64,000 bases of DNA from Candidatus Kapaibacterium sp. (GCA_963664875.1 OY761611.1:192001-256000), one strand, 5' to 3'; shown: positions 40,712-51,069, counted from the first letter of the stretch. Notes: a model not told the origin generated them from the letters alone. Program-made: numbers and translations.

Positions 40712-41647
40712 TTATGGTTTGTGTCTTTTAATATTTAATGCGGCAATATTACGTTTGATACCTTCAAGTTTGGTCCTTTTAATAGGAGATTTGGAGTATC
40801 TGTTTCTAAAATCTTCGTCAGACATCGAATAAATTGTTTCAATATCGAAATTTGTTTCTCCAAATCTTGGCTTCAATAAATCATCTTCGGTGTTGAATGT
40901 AAGCCTTTTGTTCCAAGGGCAAACATCTTGACAAATATCACAGCCGTAAGCCCAGCCATTAAGCGAATTCGCTATGTTATCAGGTATAGGTATGTCGGGT
41001 TTAGCTTCGATAGTCCAATATGCTATACAATTGTTAGAATCAACTACCTGAGGGGCTACAATGGCATCTGTCGGACAGGATTCTATGCAGGCTTTGCATT
41101 TACCACACATATTTTTTATAGTTTCATTTGAAGTGAAACTTATAGAAGTAATAATCAAACCTATAAAAAACATACTTCCGTATTTTGGGTTGATAATGTT
41201 ACCGTTTTTTCCCTGCCAGCCAAGTCCGGCTTCTATAGCCCACTGCCGGTCTAAAGTAGGGCCTGTATCAACATAAACTCTGTTTTCAGAATCAGGGTGA
41301 GTAGTTTTCAGATATAAACCAATTTGTTTTAGTTTCTTCTTTACTATATCGTGATAATCAGAACCCCAGGCATATTTTGATATTTTGGCATCTTCCGAAG
41401 TATGCTCGAAGCTTGTTTTATAGGGATACGCTAATGCGATTACAGATTTTGCTGATTCGAATATCAAAGAAATATCTTCTTTTTTGTCAAAATTTTTATC
41501 GAGATAATACATATCTGCATGGTAGCCGGAGCGAATCCAATCTCTATATCTTTCAGTTTCACTGCTAAGTTTTCTACCGTTAGCAAATCCGATATCGATA
41601 AAGCCAAGAGATTGTGCGAGAGTAATAATATCTTCTCTAATATTCAA
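40712..41647 (-). CDS. queG: Epoxyqueuosine reductase
   Basis: SKYAWG.DYH, VDTGP, AGLGWQGKN, CGKCKACIESCPT, GCDICQDVCPWN. Confidence 0.93.
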   Translation of the reverse strand: MNIREDIITLAQSLGFIDIGFANGRKLSSETERYRDWIRSGYHADMYYLDKNFDKKEDISLIFESAKSVIALAYPYKTSFEHTSEDAKISKYAWGSDYHDIVKKKLKQIGLYLKTTHPDSENRVYVDTGPTLDRQWAIEAGLGWQGKNGNIINPKYGSMFFIGLIITSISFTSNETIKNMCGKCKACIESCPTDAIVAPQVVDSNNCIAYWTIEAKPDIPIPDNIANSLNGWAYGCDICQDVCPWNKRLTFNTEDDLLKPRFGETNFDIETIYSMSDEDFRNRYSKSPIKRTKLEGIKRNIAALNIKRHKP

Positions 41648-42062
41648 GATTCTTTCTCCATAAAGGTGTAGAATCTTTATTGGGTTTTTCTACGAAAATT
41701 CTGCCTTCTTTTTCAAAGATATCGAATTTTTTGAGAGATTTGATTCCCTGATGTGTGTTGATATTATTTCCTGACTCAAGTGAGTAAGTCCATCCGTGGA
41801 GAGGGCACATTAACTCGGTACCGGTAAGGATTCCGTTATAAATTTCAGGTTGATGTCTGTGCGGACAAATATTGGTAACGCAATAAAGATTACCATCAAT
41901 TCTGAAAATTGCAAGTTCCCAATCCGAATCCTCAGAAAATGTAATTTTTCTGCCTTTTTTTTCAACCAAGTCTTTGGAAGCAAGCACATCACAATATATT
42001 TTACCATTTATTTCGTGTGTGGGATACTGAAGTTTATCCTCATCAAAAATATTAAAGCTCAT
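41637..42062 (-). CDS. Rieske [2Fe-2S] ferredoxin
   Basis: CPH ... CPLHGW ligand motifs. Confidence 0.85.
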   Translation of the reverse strand: MSFNIFDEDKLQYPTHEINGKIYCDVLASKDLVEKKGRKITFSEDSDWELAIFRIDGNLYCVTNICPHRHQPEIYNGILTGTELMCPLHGWTYSLESGNNINTHQGIKSLKKFDIFEKEGRIFVEKPNKDSTPLWRKNLEY

Positions 42063-42920
42063 CTATTTGTACTCCGTCAAGATTATATCTTCACCTTTAA
42101 TGTAACCGGATTTATGTTTTTGAATCCGAGAAGCCTGTCTAAAAGCGTCGTGTTCATAAATCAGAATTGCATTTTTTTCAAAAAGGTCAGGTAATATTTT
42201 CTTTTTCTCTTCAATAGTAGTCAGAGGAAAGTTATCATAGCCCATAACATAAGGAAATGGTATATGTGCAGCCGTTGGACACAAATCTGCCATATACATA
42301 AATATTTCGCTACCTGTATCTATTTTGACAAGCTGCATTGCTTTAGTATGTCCGTAAACAGGAAAAACAGTTATACCATTTGATATTTCTGTTTCTCCGT
42401 CCAACTCAATCAGTTGTCCTTTATCTATTATAGGAACAAAATCTTCTTCAATAAAAGATGCTTTGTCCTTATCTTTGGGAGATTTTGCCCATTGCAGATG
42501 TTCACGTTGGACATAATATTTAGCATTTTCGAAAGTTGGGCATATCTTGCCGTCTTTGATTGCAGTAGCACCGCCGGCATGATCAAAATGCAAATGAGTA
42601 ATGATTACATCAGTTATATCAGAAGTTGTAAGACCAAATTTTGCAAGAGAGCTGGTAATATCACTTGATATGCGGTCTATATTGAATCTTCGAGCAAAAG
42701 AGTCGTCGTATTTAGTTCCGTTGCCGGTATCTATGAGAATTTTTCTATCGTCATGGATTATTAGAATTATTCTTGCTGCAAGCGGAATTCTATTCAATTC
42801 GTCCCCGACATGATAGCTTTTAGACCATAATACTTTCGGAACGACACCAAACATAGCACCTCCGTCGAGTGCAAAAATGCCGGTTTCTATAGCTTCTATT
42901 TGATAATTTCCGGAAATCAT
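42063..42920 (-). CDS. Metallo-beta-lactamase-fold hydrolase (YtnP-like)
   Basis: LDGGAMFGVVPK.LW, THLHFDHAGG, GHT, MGYD. Start chosen at MISGNY. Confidence 0.88.
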   Translation of the reverse strand: MISGNYQIEAIETGIFALDGGAMFGVVPKVLWSKSYHVGDELNRIPLAARIILIIHDDRKILIDTGNGTKYDDSFARRFNIDRISSDITSSLAKFGLTTSDITDVIITHLHFDHAGGATAIKDGKICPTFENAKYYVQREHLQWAKSPKDKDKASFIEEDFVPIIDKGQLIELDGETEISNGITVFPVYGHTKAMQLVKIDTGSEIFMYMADLCPTAAHIPFPYVMGYDNFPLTTIEEKKKILPDLFEKNAILIYEHDAFRQASRIQKHKSGYIKGEDIILTEYK

Positions 42921-43141
42921 AATGTAAAACTGCAAAAATGTGAATAAAAACATTTAGGACGCAAGAAAAAAGTGCATATTTTCGTTTGCAAGTTAGCATA
43001 ATTTCAATAAATTTTACAGATGTGAATAAAAAGAATTGGAAATTATATGAAAGCTATATAATTTTGTTGCTTGACTTATTGCCAAGTTGTATTTAGTATA
43101 ATAAGAAAAGTATTTTAGTTTTATATAAAAGGAGTTTTTAG

Positions 43142-45322
43142 ATGGGAACTATTGAAAGGATTCGACAAGCGTCACCTTATGTATTTGCATTCTTTGGTGT
43201 AATGCTTGTGGCATTTTTTACAATTGGAGATAAGACCGTTGTAGATGGTCTTCTTGGTTCAAGAGGTAACACTGCCGATAAGCCAATAGCAATCGTTGAC
43301 GGTGAAGAAATTGCTTACAGAGATTTTGCCGGTATGGTGCAACAACAAATTGAAAATCAAAGAAGACAAAATCCAGACCAGGAAGTAAACGAATTGCAGG
43401 TTAGACGTCAGGTGTGGCAAAGCATCTTAGACCAAAAAATACTTGAAATTCAAGCAAAAAAAGCAGGTATTACTGTAACTGATGCCGAAATCAGAGATCA
43501 GTTACTAAACAATCCTCCGGACTTCTTAGTTCAACAATTTTCAGATTCATTGGGTAATTTCGACAGAAAAGCTTACTTAGAAATTATTACTAATCCTGAA
43601 ATTATAATATCAAGATTGCCTGAAACTATGAGCCTCGAAGAAAAAGAAGCTCAGGTAAACAGATTCAGAGCTGATATCTTGAATATTCAAGATTATCTAT
43701 TGAAACAAAAGATTTCAAACAACCTTTCTTCGATAGTAGCTACTACAGGTTCTGTAATTTCTCCGGAATTTGCCAGAGAAAAATATATTGCTGAAAACAG
43801 TTCTGCTGTTGTAAATTTTGTTGCATTGCCGATCAGAAATGTTCCTGATAAAGAAGTAAACGTTACTGATGAAGATATCAAAAAATATTACGATGCTCAC
43901 AAAGAATATTACATACAAAAACCACAAAGACAGGTATCTTATGTATCTTTCCGCATGGTTCCTTCTCAGAAAGATTCTTTGAAAGCTCAAAAAGATATTC
44001 AGGATGTAATGAACTCTTTGAATAATGCACAGACTGAAGAAGAAAAAGATAAAGCATTTGATTTGATGTGGAGCAAACACAATGGCGATACTTATGACTA
44101 TGCTCTTATCAATGATGTAGATCCTAAAAAATCAAACTTTGTACTTTCATTAGCAGACAGACAGGTGGCAGGTCCGTTTACTTTGACTGACGGTACTTAC
44201 TTCTTTAGATTAGACGGCAAACGCCAGGGTGAAAATGAAGTAGTAAAAGCCAGCCATATTCTTATCAAATCAGATGATACAAATGCTGACAGTGCAAAAG
44301 TTGAAGCTGATAAAATTTACAAAAAAGCTCAGTCCGGCGAAGACTTTGCTGCCTTAGCTCAGGCTCACTCTGAAGATCCGGGCTCTAAAACTAAAGGCGG
44401 TGATTTAGGTTATTTCGGAAAAGGAAGAATGGTACCTGAATTTGATAAAGCTTGTTTTGAAGCAAATGCCGGCGATATTGTTGGTCCAATCAAAACACAG
44501 TTTGGCTACCACATCATCAAAATTGAAGACAAAAAGTCAGAAGAAATCAAATTCAGCGAAATAAAAATTGCTCCTAGAATGTCAACTTCTACTCGCAATT
44601 TGATTATGCGCGATGCTCAGATTATGGCAAAAACTGCAATGGAAGAAGGTATTTCTTTAGATACTCTTGCTGCTCGTAAAGGTATAAGAGCATTTACTCC
44701 GGGCTACTTCGAACAAGCTCGTCCGATACTTGGATCTCAGTACCTTACTGACAGAGCTTTCGAACTTGAAGTAGGTGGTGTAATCGAACCGATGGATATC
44801 GAATACTACGGTTTGATTGTAGCTCAGGTTGTAGGTGTTAAAGCTGAAGGCATTGCTTCTTTGGAAGACAAAAAAGACGAAATCAAAACTAAAGTAATGG
44901 AAATCAAAAAATTAGATGCTCTTGAAGGTAAAGCAAAAGAGCTTTATGCAAAAATGAAATCTGCAGGTTCGTTAGCTTTAGCTAAAGAGCAAGATCCTAC
45001 TTTAGATATGAAAACTATTGATAATCTCAAAAACGACGGAAAAGTAAGTGGATTTGGTACAGAGCCTGCATTCACTACTTATGCTTTTGCTCAACCAATG
45101 AATAAAGTAATTGGTCCAATCAGAGGCGAAAAGGCATACTTTGTTATTGAGATAGTAAACAGAAACATCCCTGCTAAAGCAGATGTTGATGCAAATATGG
45201 TTACATATACAGAAACATTGAAACAACAGTCTTCAGGCATTACTTTCTATCAATGGATGACTGCTGTCAAAGAACAATCTAAGATTGAAGATTTTAGAAA
45301 AGAATTCTATAGAGAATACTAA
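43142..45322 (+). CDS. ppiD: PpiD/SurA-like membrane-anchored parvulin chaperone
   Basis: N-terminal anchor, SurA-N region, parvulin ASHILI...F..LA..HSED..S...GGDLG.F...MV.EF...GYHII. Confidence 0.82.
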   Translation: MGTIERIRQASPYVFAFFGVMLVAFFTIGDKTVVDGLLGSRGNTADKPIAIVDGEEIAYRDFAGMVQQQIENQRRQNPDQEVNELQVRRQVWQSILDQKILEIQAKKAGITVTDAEIRDQLLNNPPDFLVQQFSDSLGNFDRKAYLEIITNPEIIISRLPETMSLEEKEAQVNRFRADILNIQDYLLKQKISNNLSSIVATTGSVISPEFAREKYIAENSSAVVNFVALPIRNVPDKEVNVTDEDIKKYYDAHKEYYIQKPQRQVSYVSFRMVPSQKDSLKAQKDIQDVMNSLNNAQTEEEKDKAFDLMWSKHNGDTYDYALINDVDPKKSNFVLSLADRQVAGPFTLTDGTYFFRLDGKRQGENEVVKASHILIKSDDTNADSAKVEADKIYKKAQSGEDFAALAQAHSEDPGSKTKGGDLGYFGKGRMVPEFDKACFEANAGDIVGPIKTQFGYHIIKIEDKKSEEIKFSEIKIAPRMSTSTRNLIMRDAQIMAKTAMEEGISLDTLAARKGIRAFTPGYFEQARPILGSQYLTDRAFELEVGGVIEPMDIEYYGLIVAQVVGVKAEGIASLEDKKDEIKTKVMEIKKLDALEGKAKELYAKMKSAGSLALAKEQDPTLDMKTIDNLKNDGKVSGFGTEPAFTTYAFAQPMNKVIGPIRGEKAYFVIEIVNRNIPAKADVDANMVTYTETLKQQSSGITFYQWMTAVKEQSKIEDFRKEFYREY

Positions 45323-45348
45323 GCGTTAATCTCAAATATTCAATTAGT

Positions 45349-45381
45349 GAGGGCTTGTTTTTATAACAGGTCCTCTTTTTT
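45349..45381 (+). terminator. Rho-independent terminator after ppiD
   Basis: GAGGGCTTGTT / AACAGGTCCTC stem plus T run. Confidence 0.8.
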
Positions 45382-45464
45382 ATTTATATAACACTTAAAT
45401 ATTATTGCATAGTTTAGGCATGTCAAATTGATTATGAGCCTATTTTCAAACATCTGATTTACTC

Positions 45465-45482
45465 TGTCAAATTAATTTCACA
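45465..45482. promoter_or_regulatory. 18-bp near-perfect palindrome upstream of the redox operon
   Basis: TGTCAAATTAATTTCACA, one mismatched pair; the left half recurs at 45421 (TGTCAAATTGATT). Confidence 0.4.
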
Positions 45483-45609
45483 TTCCACTTTTTACGTTTT
45501 AAATTATACCTGTATTTCATAATGAAAATAATAGAAAACATAAATTAGTATAGTTTATCCTAACATTTAAAACGAATATACTGCTAAGATTAAATTAGTG
45601 AGGGTTAAA

Positions 45610-46548
45610 ATGAGTGGAATATCACGGAGAGACTTCTTTAAAATTTCCGGAGCAATGTGTGGAGCAGCTACACTTAGCTCTGTAGATGCTAAGGCTCAAA
45701 GTCGTCCGGTAAATATTTTATCAGACGACAGGATGGGCGTTCTGGTTGATACTACCGTCTGCATAGGTTGTAGGAACTGCGAATGGGCTTGCAAAGATGC
45801 ACACGGCATACCAACAGAACACATAGACACATATCAAGACAGAACTGTATTCAAAGAATATAGGCGACCAAATGAGCAGTCGCTTACAGTAGTAAACGAA
45901 TACAAAAATCCAAAAAGTGAATATCTACCTACTAATGTCAAAATTCAATGTATGCATTGCGATCATCCGTCGTGTGTATCTGTTTGTATTGTGGGGGCAT
46001 TTTCAAAGTTAGAAAACGGAAGTGTGGTGTGGGATACTTCAAAATGTATTGGTTGCCGATATTGTATGGTTGCCTGTCCATTCCAGATACCTACCTATGA
46101 GTTTGAAAAAGCTATAGAACCAAATATTTCAAAATGTGATTTCTGCATAGAAAGAACAAAACAAGGCAAGCTAACTGCCTGCGTTGAAATATGCCCTGTA
46201 GAGGCGTTGACTTATGGTCCGAGACAAGAACTTATCAAAATTGCTAGAAAACGCATCCAAAGGAATCCTGACAGATATGTCAATCACATTTACGGAGAAA
46301 AAGAAGTAGGTGGGACCGCATGGATGTATTTAGCCGGACAGGATTTTGGAGAGATTGAGTTTAAAAAGTTTGGAGATAAACCTGCACCAGGTATATCTGA
46401 ATCAATCCAACATGGCATATTTGCCTATTTCGTGCCTCCTGCAATGTTTTATTCGCTTTTAGGCATGATTATGTGGATTGCCAAAAAACGTGAGACAGAG
46501 AAGAAAGAAAAGCAAAATCAAATAAGTGAAGGAGAGAGCCATGAGTGA
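45610..46548 (+). CDS. Tat-exported 4x[4Fe-4S] protein (HybA/NrfC/HmcB-like) with C-terminal TM
   Basis: SRRDFFK twin-arginine; CIGCRNC...C, CMHC..P.C..VC, CIGCRYC..ACPF, KCDFC...C...CP; YGEKEVGGT. Confidence 0.88.
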   Translation: MSGISRRDFFKISGAMCGAATLSSVDAKAQSRPVNILSDDRMGVLVDTTVCIGCRNCEWACKDAHGIPTEHIDTYQDRTVFKEYRRPNEQSLTVVNEYKNPKSEYLPTNVKIQCMHCDHPSCVSVCIVGAFSKLENGSVVWDTSKCIGCRYCMVACPFQIPTYEFEKAIEPNISKCDFCIERTKQGKLTACVEICPVEALTYGPRQELIKIARKRIQRNPDRYVNHIYGEKEVGGTAWMYLAGQDFGEIEFKKFGDKPAPGISESIQHGIFAYFVPPAMFYSLLGMIMWIAKKRETEKKEKQNQISEGESHE

Positions 46549-47782
46549 GAATTTCATTACTGTACCTCTTTCAGGAGAGCATAAGAAAGTGAGTTTTTTG
46601 ACTCCGGGAGTTTTTCTTCTGATTCTTATTGCGTTAAATGGTCTTGTGTTTCTTGCAGGAAGGTTTATCTTCGGTATAGGAGCAGTAACAAATTTAGATA
46701 ATTATTATCCATGGGGATTATGGATCGGAGTTGACGTTGCAGCCGGTGTTGCTTTAGCTGCCGGTGGGTTTACTTCTTCAGCTCTTGCACATATTCTACA
46801 TAGAGAAGATTTTCATGTGATAGTTCGACCGGCACTGCTTACTGCAATGTTAGGTTACACCTTTGTAGCAATTGGAGTTATGACAGATATTGGTCGCTGG
46901 TATTACATTTGGCATCCGCTCATCAATTGGAATCCAAATTCAGCTCTGTTCGAAGTCGGTATCTGCGTTATGTTTTATCTTACAGTTCTCTACGTAGAGT
47001 TTCTGCCGGCTGTAGTCGAAAGATTTTTACATAAAGTAAATTTACCCGGCATTCTAAAAGGTCTGAATAATCTGTTTGAGAAAATATTATCTCTATTGGA
47101 CAAAACTTTACCAAAAGTAATGTTTATTTTTATAATCGCAGGTGTAGTGCTTTCAACTTTACACCAATCATCTCTCGGTACATTGATGGTAATCGCAGGT
47201 GATAAAATGCATCCGCTTTGGCAAACTCCAATTTTGCCACTTCTGTTCTTTTTGTCAGCAGTTTCAGTGGGATTCCCTATGGTGATGTTTGAATCCTTGA
47301 TTGCTGCCAAATCATTTGGTTTAAAACCTGAAATGCATGTACTTAGCAAATTAGGAAAGGTAATGCCGCTTTTGTTAGGTATTTATCTTGCATTCAAACT
47401 TGGTGATATGTTTATCAGAGAAACATTTGTTTATCTATTTGAATTCAACACTGTTAGTGTGATGTTCCTAATCGAACTTTTTGTCGGAGTAATTATTCCG
47501 ATTAGGCTTTTCCTATCGAAAAAAGTACTAAATAAACCTTGTCTTTTGATGGTTGCTTCCGGTATGGTAGTATTTGGCGTATTTTTGAATAGGGTAAATA
47601 ATTTTGTAACTGCCTATACACCACCATTTGCTGATTATTCTTATTTCCCGTCCTATGGAGAAATATCAGTAACTCTTGGTTTTGTTGCTATATTAGTTTT
47701 GCTCTATAGGGCAATTGTTATGATATTCCCTGTAATTTCAATTCCAAAAGATCCTGAAAGAAATCAGGTGGAGGAATGTTAA
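46541..47782 (+). CDS. NrfD/HybB-family integral membrane quinone-interacting subunit
   Basis: TNL...YPWGLWI, AAGGF, DIGR, S.LFEV, LHQSSLG; about 10 TM helices. Confidence 0.88.
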   Translation: MSENFITVPLSGEHKKVSFLTPGVFLLILIALNGLVFLAGRFIFGIGAVTNLDNYYPWGLWIGVDVAAGVALAAGGFTSSALAHILHREDFHVIVRPALLTAMLGYTFVAIGVMTDIGRWYYIWHPLINWNPNSALFEVGICVMFYLTVLYVEFLPAVVERFLHKVNLPGILKGLNNLFEKILSLLDKTLPKVMFIFIIAGVVLSTLHQSSLGTLMVIAGDKMHPLWQTPILPLLFFLSAVSVGFPMVMFESLIAAKSFGLKPEMHVLSKLGKVMPLLLGIYLAFKLGDMFIRETFVYLFEFNTVSVMFLIELFVGVIIPIRLFLSKKVLNKPCLLMVASGMVVFGVFLNRVNNFVTAYTPPFADYSYFPSYGEISVTLGFVAILVLLYRAIVMIFPVISIPKDPERNQVEEC

Positions 47783-47783
47783 T

Positions 47784-48995
47784 ATGAAAAAGGTACTTTA
47801 TGTATTTACATTGCTGATTCTGGGATTGGCAATATCATTCAGCTTGAACAGCATCAATGCAGATACTAAAAAGGAAAAAGAAAATACGCAGCTGATATCT
47901 GCTCAGCAAACAAAAAAAATGGATATTAGTGACAAAAGTGATCATGCAAATTCTGATTTAGAGTGTAGCACTTGTCATGCTTGCTTGTATCCAACTGTTG
48001 AAGATCCGTGTCTTAAAGAATGTCCACGTGAACAAATAACGATTAATCACAGTTCTGAAGAAGGGCCGGATGTTATTAAAATTGTAAAACTATCAGACAG
48101 ATACGGTCCTGTGGTATTTTCGCACAAAGTTCATGCACAGATGTCTGAAATGTCAGGTGGCTGCGAGTCATGTCATCACTATAACACTGCCGGACCTGTT
48201 TTAGCCTGTAAAAAATGCCATGAACCGAGAGCTACCCGTGAAAATCTTGCAATCCCTGATTTGGAAGCTGCCTATCATAGACAATGTGTGCAGTGTCATA
48301 GGCAATGGAATCAGACAACAGGCTGTTATTCTTGCCATCTTCCTAAAGATAGTGAAGATAGCGAAATCATGAAAATGATAGAAAGATATCAGGGAATTGT
48401 ACATCCTGAAGTTGGGCATCCGGTTAAATTGGTATATGAGACTACTGCCGACACAGGCAAAATTGTTACATTTTACCACGACCAACATACTAAAATGTTC
48501 AATGTGCCTTGTAAGGGCTGTCATACAGATGAATCATGTATCCAATGCCATGATTTGAGAAAACAGGTTACATATCAGGCGGATCAACGTAAAAAAATCC
48601 ATAAAAGCTTCGAAGAGCATCACAAGCCTTGCTCTACATGCCATGATAATAACGATTGTAATAAATGCCATAAAGACAAAGAGACTCCACCATTTGAACA
48701 TGATAAATCAACAAATTTCAAACTTGGGAAGTTTCACTCAGAGCTTAGCTGTAACAAATGCCATCAAGACAATAAATTCAATAAGTTGAATACAGGTTGC
48801 TTGTCTTGCCATAAGAACTTTAAGCTTGGTGAGTTTAATCATGCAAAAACCGGTTTGACTTTGACAGGAGAACATAAGGAGTTGGATTGTGAGACTTGTC
48901 ACAAAAACCTGAATTCACCACTTCAGATTAAGTGTGACGATTGCCATGATACTGACATAAGTTATCCCTCAAAATTGCCCGGGACAAAAAAATAG
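47784..48995 (+). CDS. Periplasmic multiheme cytochrome c (13 CxxCH), c3-like domains
   Basis: Signal peptide; 13 CxxCH counted; V.FSH..H and FYH..H c3-type distal His motifs. Confidence 0.9.
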   Translation: MKKVLYVFTLLILGLAISFSLNSINADTKKEKENTQLISAQQTKKMDISDKSDHANSDLECSTCHACLYPTVEDPCLKECPREQITINHSSEEGPDVIKIVKLSDRYGPVVFSHKVHAQMSEMSGGCESCHHYNTAGPVLACKKCHEPRATRENLAIPDLEAAYHRQCVQCHRQWNQTTGCYSCHLPKDSEDSEIMKMIERYQGIVHPEVGHPVKLVYETTADTGKIVTFYHDQHTKMFNVPCKGCHTDESCIQCHDLRKQVTYQADQRKKIHKSFEEHHKPCSTCHDNNDCNKCHKDKETPPFEHDKSTNFKLGKFHSELSCNKCHQDNKFNKLNTGCLSCHKNFKLGEFNHAKTGLTLTGEHKELDCETCHKNLNSPLQIKCDDCHDTDISYPSKLPGTKK

Positions 48996-49036
48996 ATTAT
49001 AGATTTACATTGACACATTTAATCTACTTTATAATT

Positions 49037-49068
49037 AACAAGGCTTCTCAAATGAGGAGCCTTGTTTT
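49037..49068. terminator. Terminator between the cytochrome gene and arsC
   Basis: AACAAGGCTTCTC / GAGGAGCCTTGTT stem. Confidence 0.8.
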
Positions 49069-49090
49069 GGTTGAATTTATGGGAATTAAT

Positions 49091-49432
49091 TTAAAGTATC
49101 GTTTCGATAATCTCCGTCGGTCTCGCAATTACAGCTTTATTTCCGTTTACAACTATTGGTCTTTCTATCAATTTTGGAAAGCTTACCATTGCGGAAATTA
49201 TTTCGTCATCACTTAAATTTTTACCTCTGTAATTTTCAATCCACTCTTTCTCTTTTGTTCTTACTAATTCGATAGGTCTTAGTTGAAGTTTGTCGATAAG
49301 ATTTCGAACTTCTTCAAATGAAATGTTTTCATCAAGATACTTCACTACTTTGAATTCAACTGATTTGTCTTCTAAATATTTTAGACCGGCTCTACTTTTA
49401 GAGCACCTTGGATTATGATAAATTTCAATCAT
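49091..49432 (-). CDS. arsC: Arsenate reductase (glutaredoxin-type ArsC family)
   Basis: YHNPRCSKSR, LIERPIV, IARP. Confidence 0.85.
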   Translation of the reverse strand: MIEIYHNPRCSKSRAGLKYLEDKSVEFKVVKYLDENISFEEVRNLIDKLQLRPIELVRTKEKEWIENYRGKNLSDDEIISAMVSFPKLIERPIVVNGNKAVIARPTEIIETIL

Positions 49433-49572
49433 GGTTTATATTCCGAATATCAATAAAATACATACTAAGTTTTATCGAAATGAGAAAAGTATTATTGCAA
49501 AAAATGGGTGGACAATTAAGTTTTATACCCGGTAAAAATAAAACACTCTTATATTAGTTTTCTATCAAAAGA

Positions 49573-51030
49573 ATGGGAACAGAAAATAGCAGGAATACTA
49601 TGCCAAATTATGACAAATATCGTAACAGACCATTTTTAATCAGCCGTGATTCGGTATTGACTTACAATTTGTTTTGGAAAAATGTCAACAGGCTTTCCCG
49701 CAAACTAATCGAAATAGGAGTGAAAGAAGGAGATATTGTCGCATACTTCAACAAAAATTCCTATATGTTCCCAATTTTATTTTTTGCACTGGGCAAAATA
49801 GGTGCAATTATCCTGCCTGTCAATATTAGATTTCCTGCTCTCCAGGTAATAGAGCTGTTAGACGAACTTGGAGTTGAGCATATAGTAGTTTCTAACTTAT
49901 ATATAGATGAGGCATTTGAGAGAAATACTAAAATCATTTTAGAAGATTTGATAGATATAAACGAAACATATCCGGAAGAAGCCGATACACCGTTTGATAT
50001 ACAAAATATTTTAGATAATGATGCAAGTATTATTTTTACTTCGGGTAGCACAGGCAATCCTAAAGCTGCCTTACACACTTATGGAAATCACTACTTTAGT
50101 GCCCTCGGTTCGAACCAAAACATTGAATTAGGAAAGAATGACAGATGGCTTGCAGTGTTGCCTACTTATCATGTAGGAGGTATATCAGTTTTCTTTAGAG
50201 CTTACCTTGCCGGTGCCACAGTTGTAATTCCTGATACATCAATATCTATATTGGAAAATATTATTAGAAATAGAGTCAGCCATGTCTCTTTCGTTGCTAC
50301 TCAAATATTTAGAATGTTGGATAATCCCAAAGAAGTAAGTTTTTTGTCGAAACTAAAGGCAATTTTACTTGGCGGTAGTGCTATGCCGGCAGGTTTGATA
50401 AACAAATGTTTCGAGCATGACCTAAAAGTTTTTGTTTCTTATGGCAGCACTGAAATGAGCTCGCAAATAACAGCTACATCGGCGTTTGCCGGTATGGACG
50501 AATTGTTGACGAGCGGAAAAATTCTACCATATAGAGAGCTAAAAATTGCAGAAGATGGCGAAATATTAGTAAAAGGAAAGACCCTTTTTAAAGGTTATAT
50601 CCAAAACAGTAAAACATTTAGTCGTATTGACTCTGATGATTGGTATCATACCGGCGATCTTGGTAATATAAATCATAACGGTTTACTGACAGTATATGGA
50701 AGGAAAGATAATATGTTTATTTCAGGAGGTGAAAATATACAGCCTGAAGAAATTGAGAAAGAATTGTGTAAATTGGATTTTATTTCAGATGCCATAGTTG
50801 TCGCTGTACCTGATTCCGACTTTGGCAGAAGACCGGTTGCATTTATACGAGTTGATAAAGATACAGAAATCAATAGACAGAATATAGAAAAGCATCTTTC
50901 CAAATCAATAGCAAGGTACAAGTTGCCATTAGCCTATTTGCCATTCCCAGAAAAACTTAATGACCTCAATCTAAAAATTGACAGACAACAATTTACTGAT
51001 TTAGCAAAAGAGTACCTTGGCATTAGTTGA
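49573..51030 (+). CDS. menE: o-succinylbenzoate-CoA ligase
   Basis: FTSGSTGNPKA, YHVGG, SYGSTEMSSQ, TGDLG, GRKDNMFISGGENIQPEEIE, FGRRPVA. Confidence 0.85.
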   Translation: MGTENSRNTMPNYDKYRNRPFLISRDSVLTYNLFWKNVNRLSRKLIEIGVKEGDIVAYFNKNSYMFPILFFALGKIGAIILPVNIRFPALQVIELLDELGVEHIVVSNLYIDEAFERNTKIILEDLIDINETYPEEADTPFDIQNILDNDASIIFTSGSTGNPKAALHTYGNHYFSALGSNQNIELGKNDRWLAVLPTYHVGGISVFFRAYLAGATVVIPDTSISILENIIRNRVSHVSFVATQIFRMLDNPKEVSFLSKLKAILLGGSAMPAGLINKCFEHDLKVFVSYGSTEMSSQITATSAFAGMDELLTSGKILPYRELKIAEDGEILVKGKTLFKGYIQNSKTFSRIDSDDWYHTGDLGNINHNGLLTVYGRKDNMFISGGENIQPEEIEKELCKLDFISDAIVVAVPDSDFGRRPVAFIRVDKDTEINRQNIEKHLSKSIARYKLPLAYLPFPEKLNDLNLKIDRQQFTDLAKEYLGIS

Positions 51031-51069
51031 AAAACTCAGTTGTTTTGATGATTTAAATTGACCATAAGG

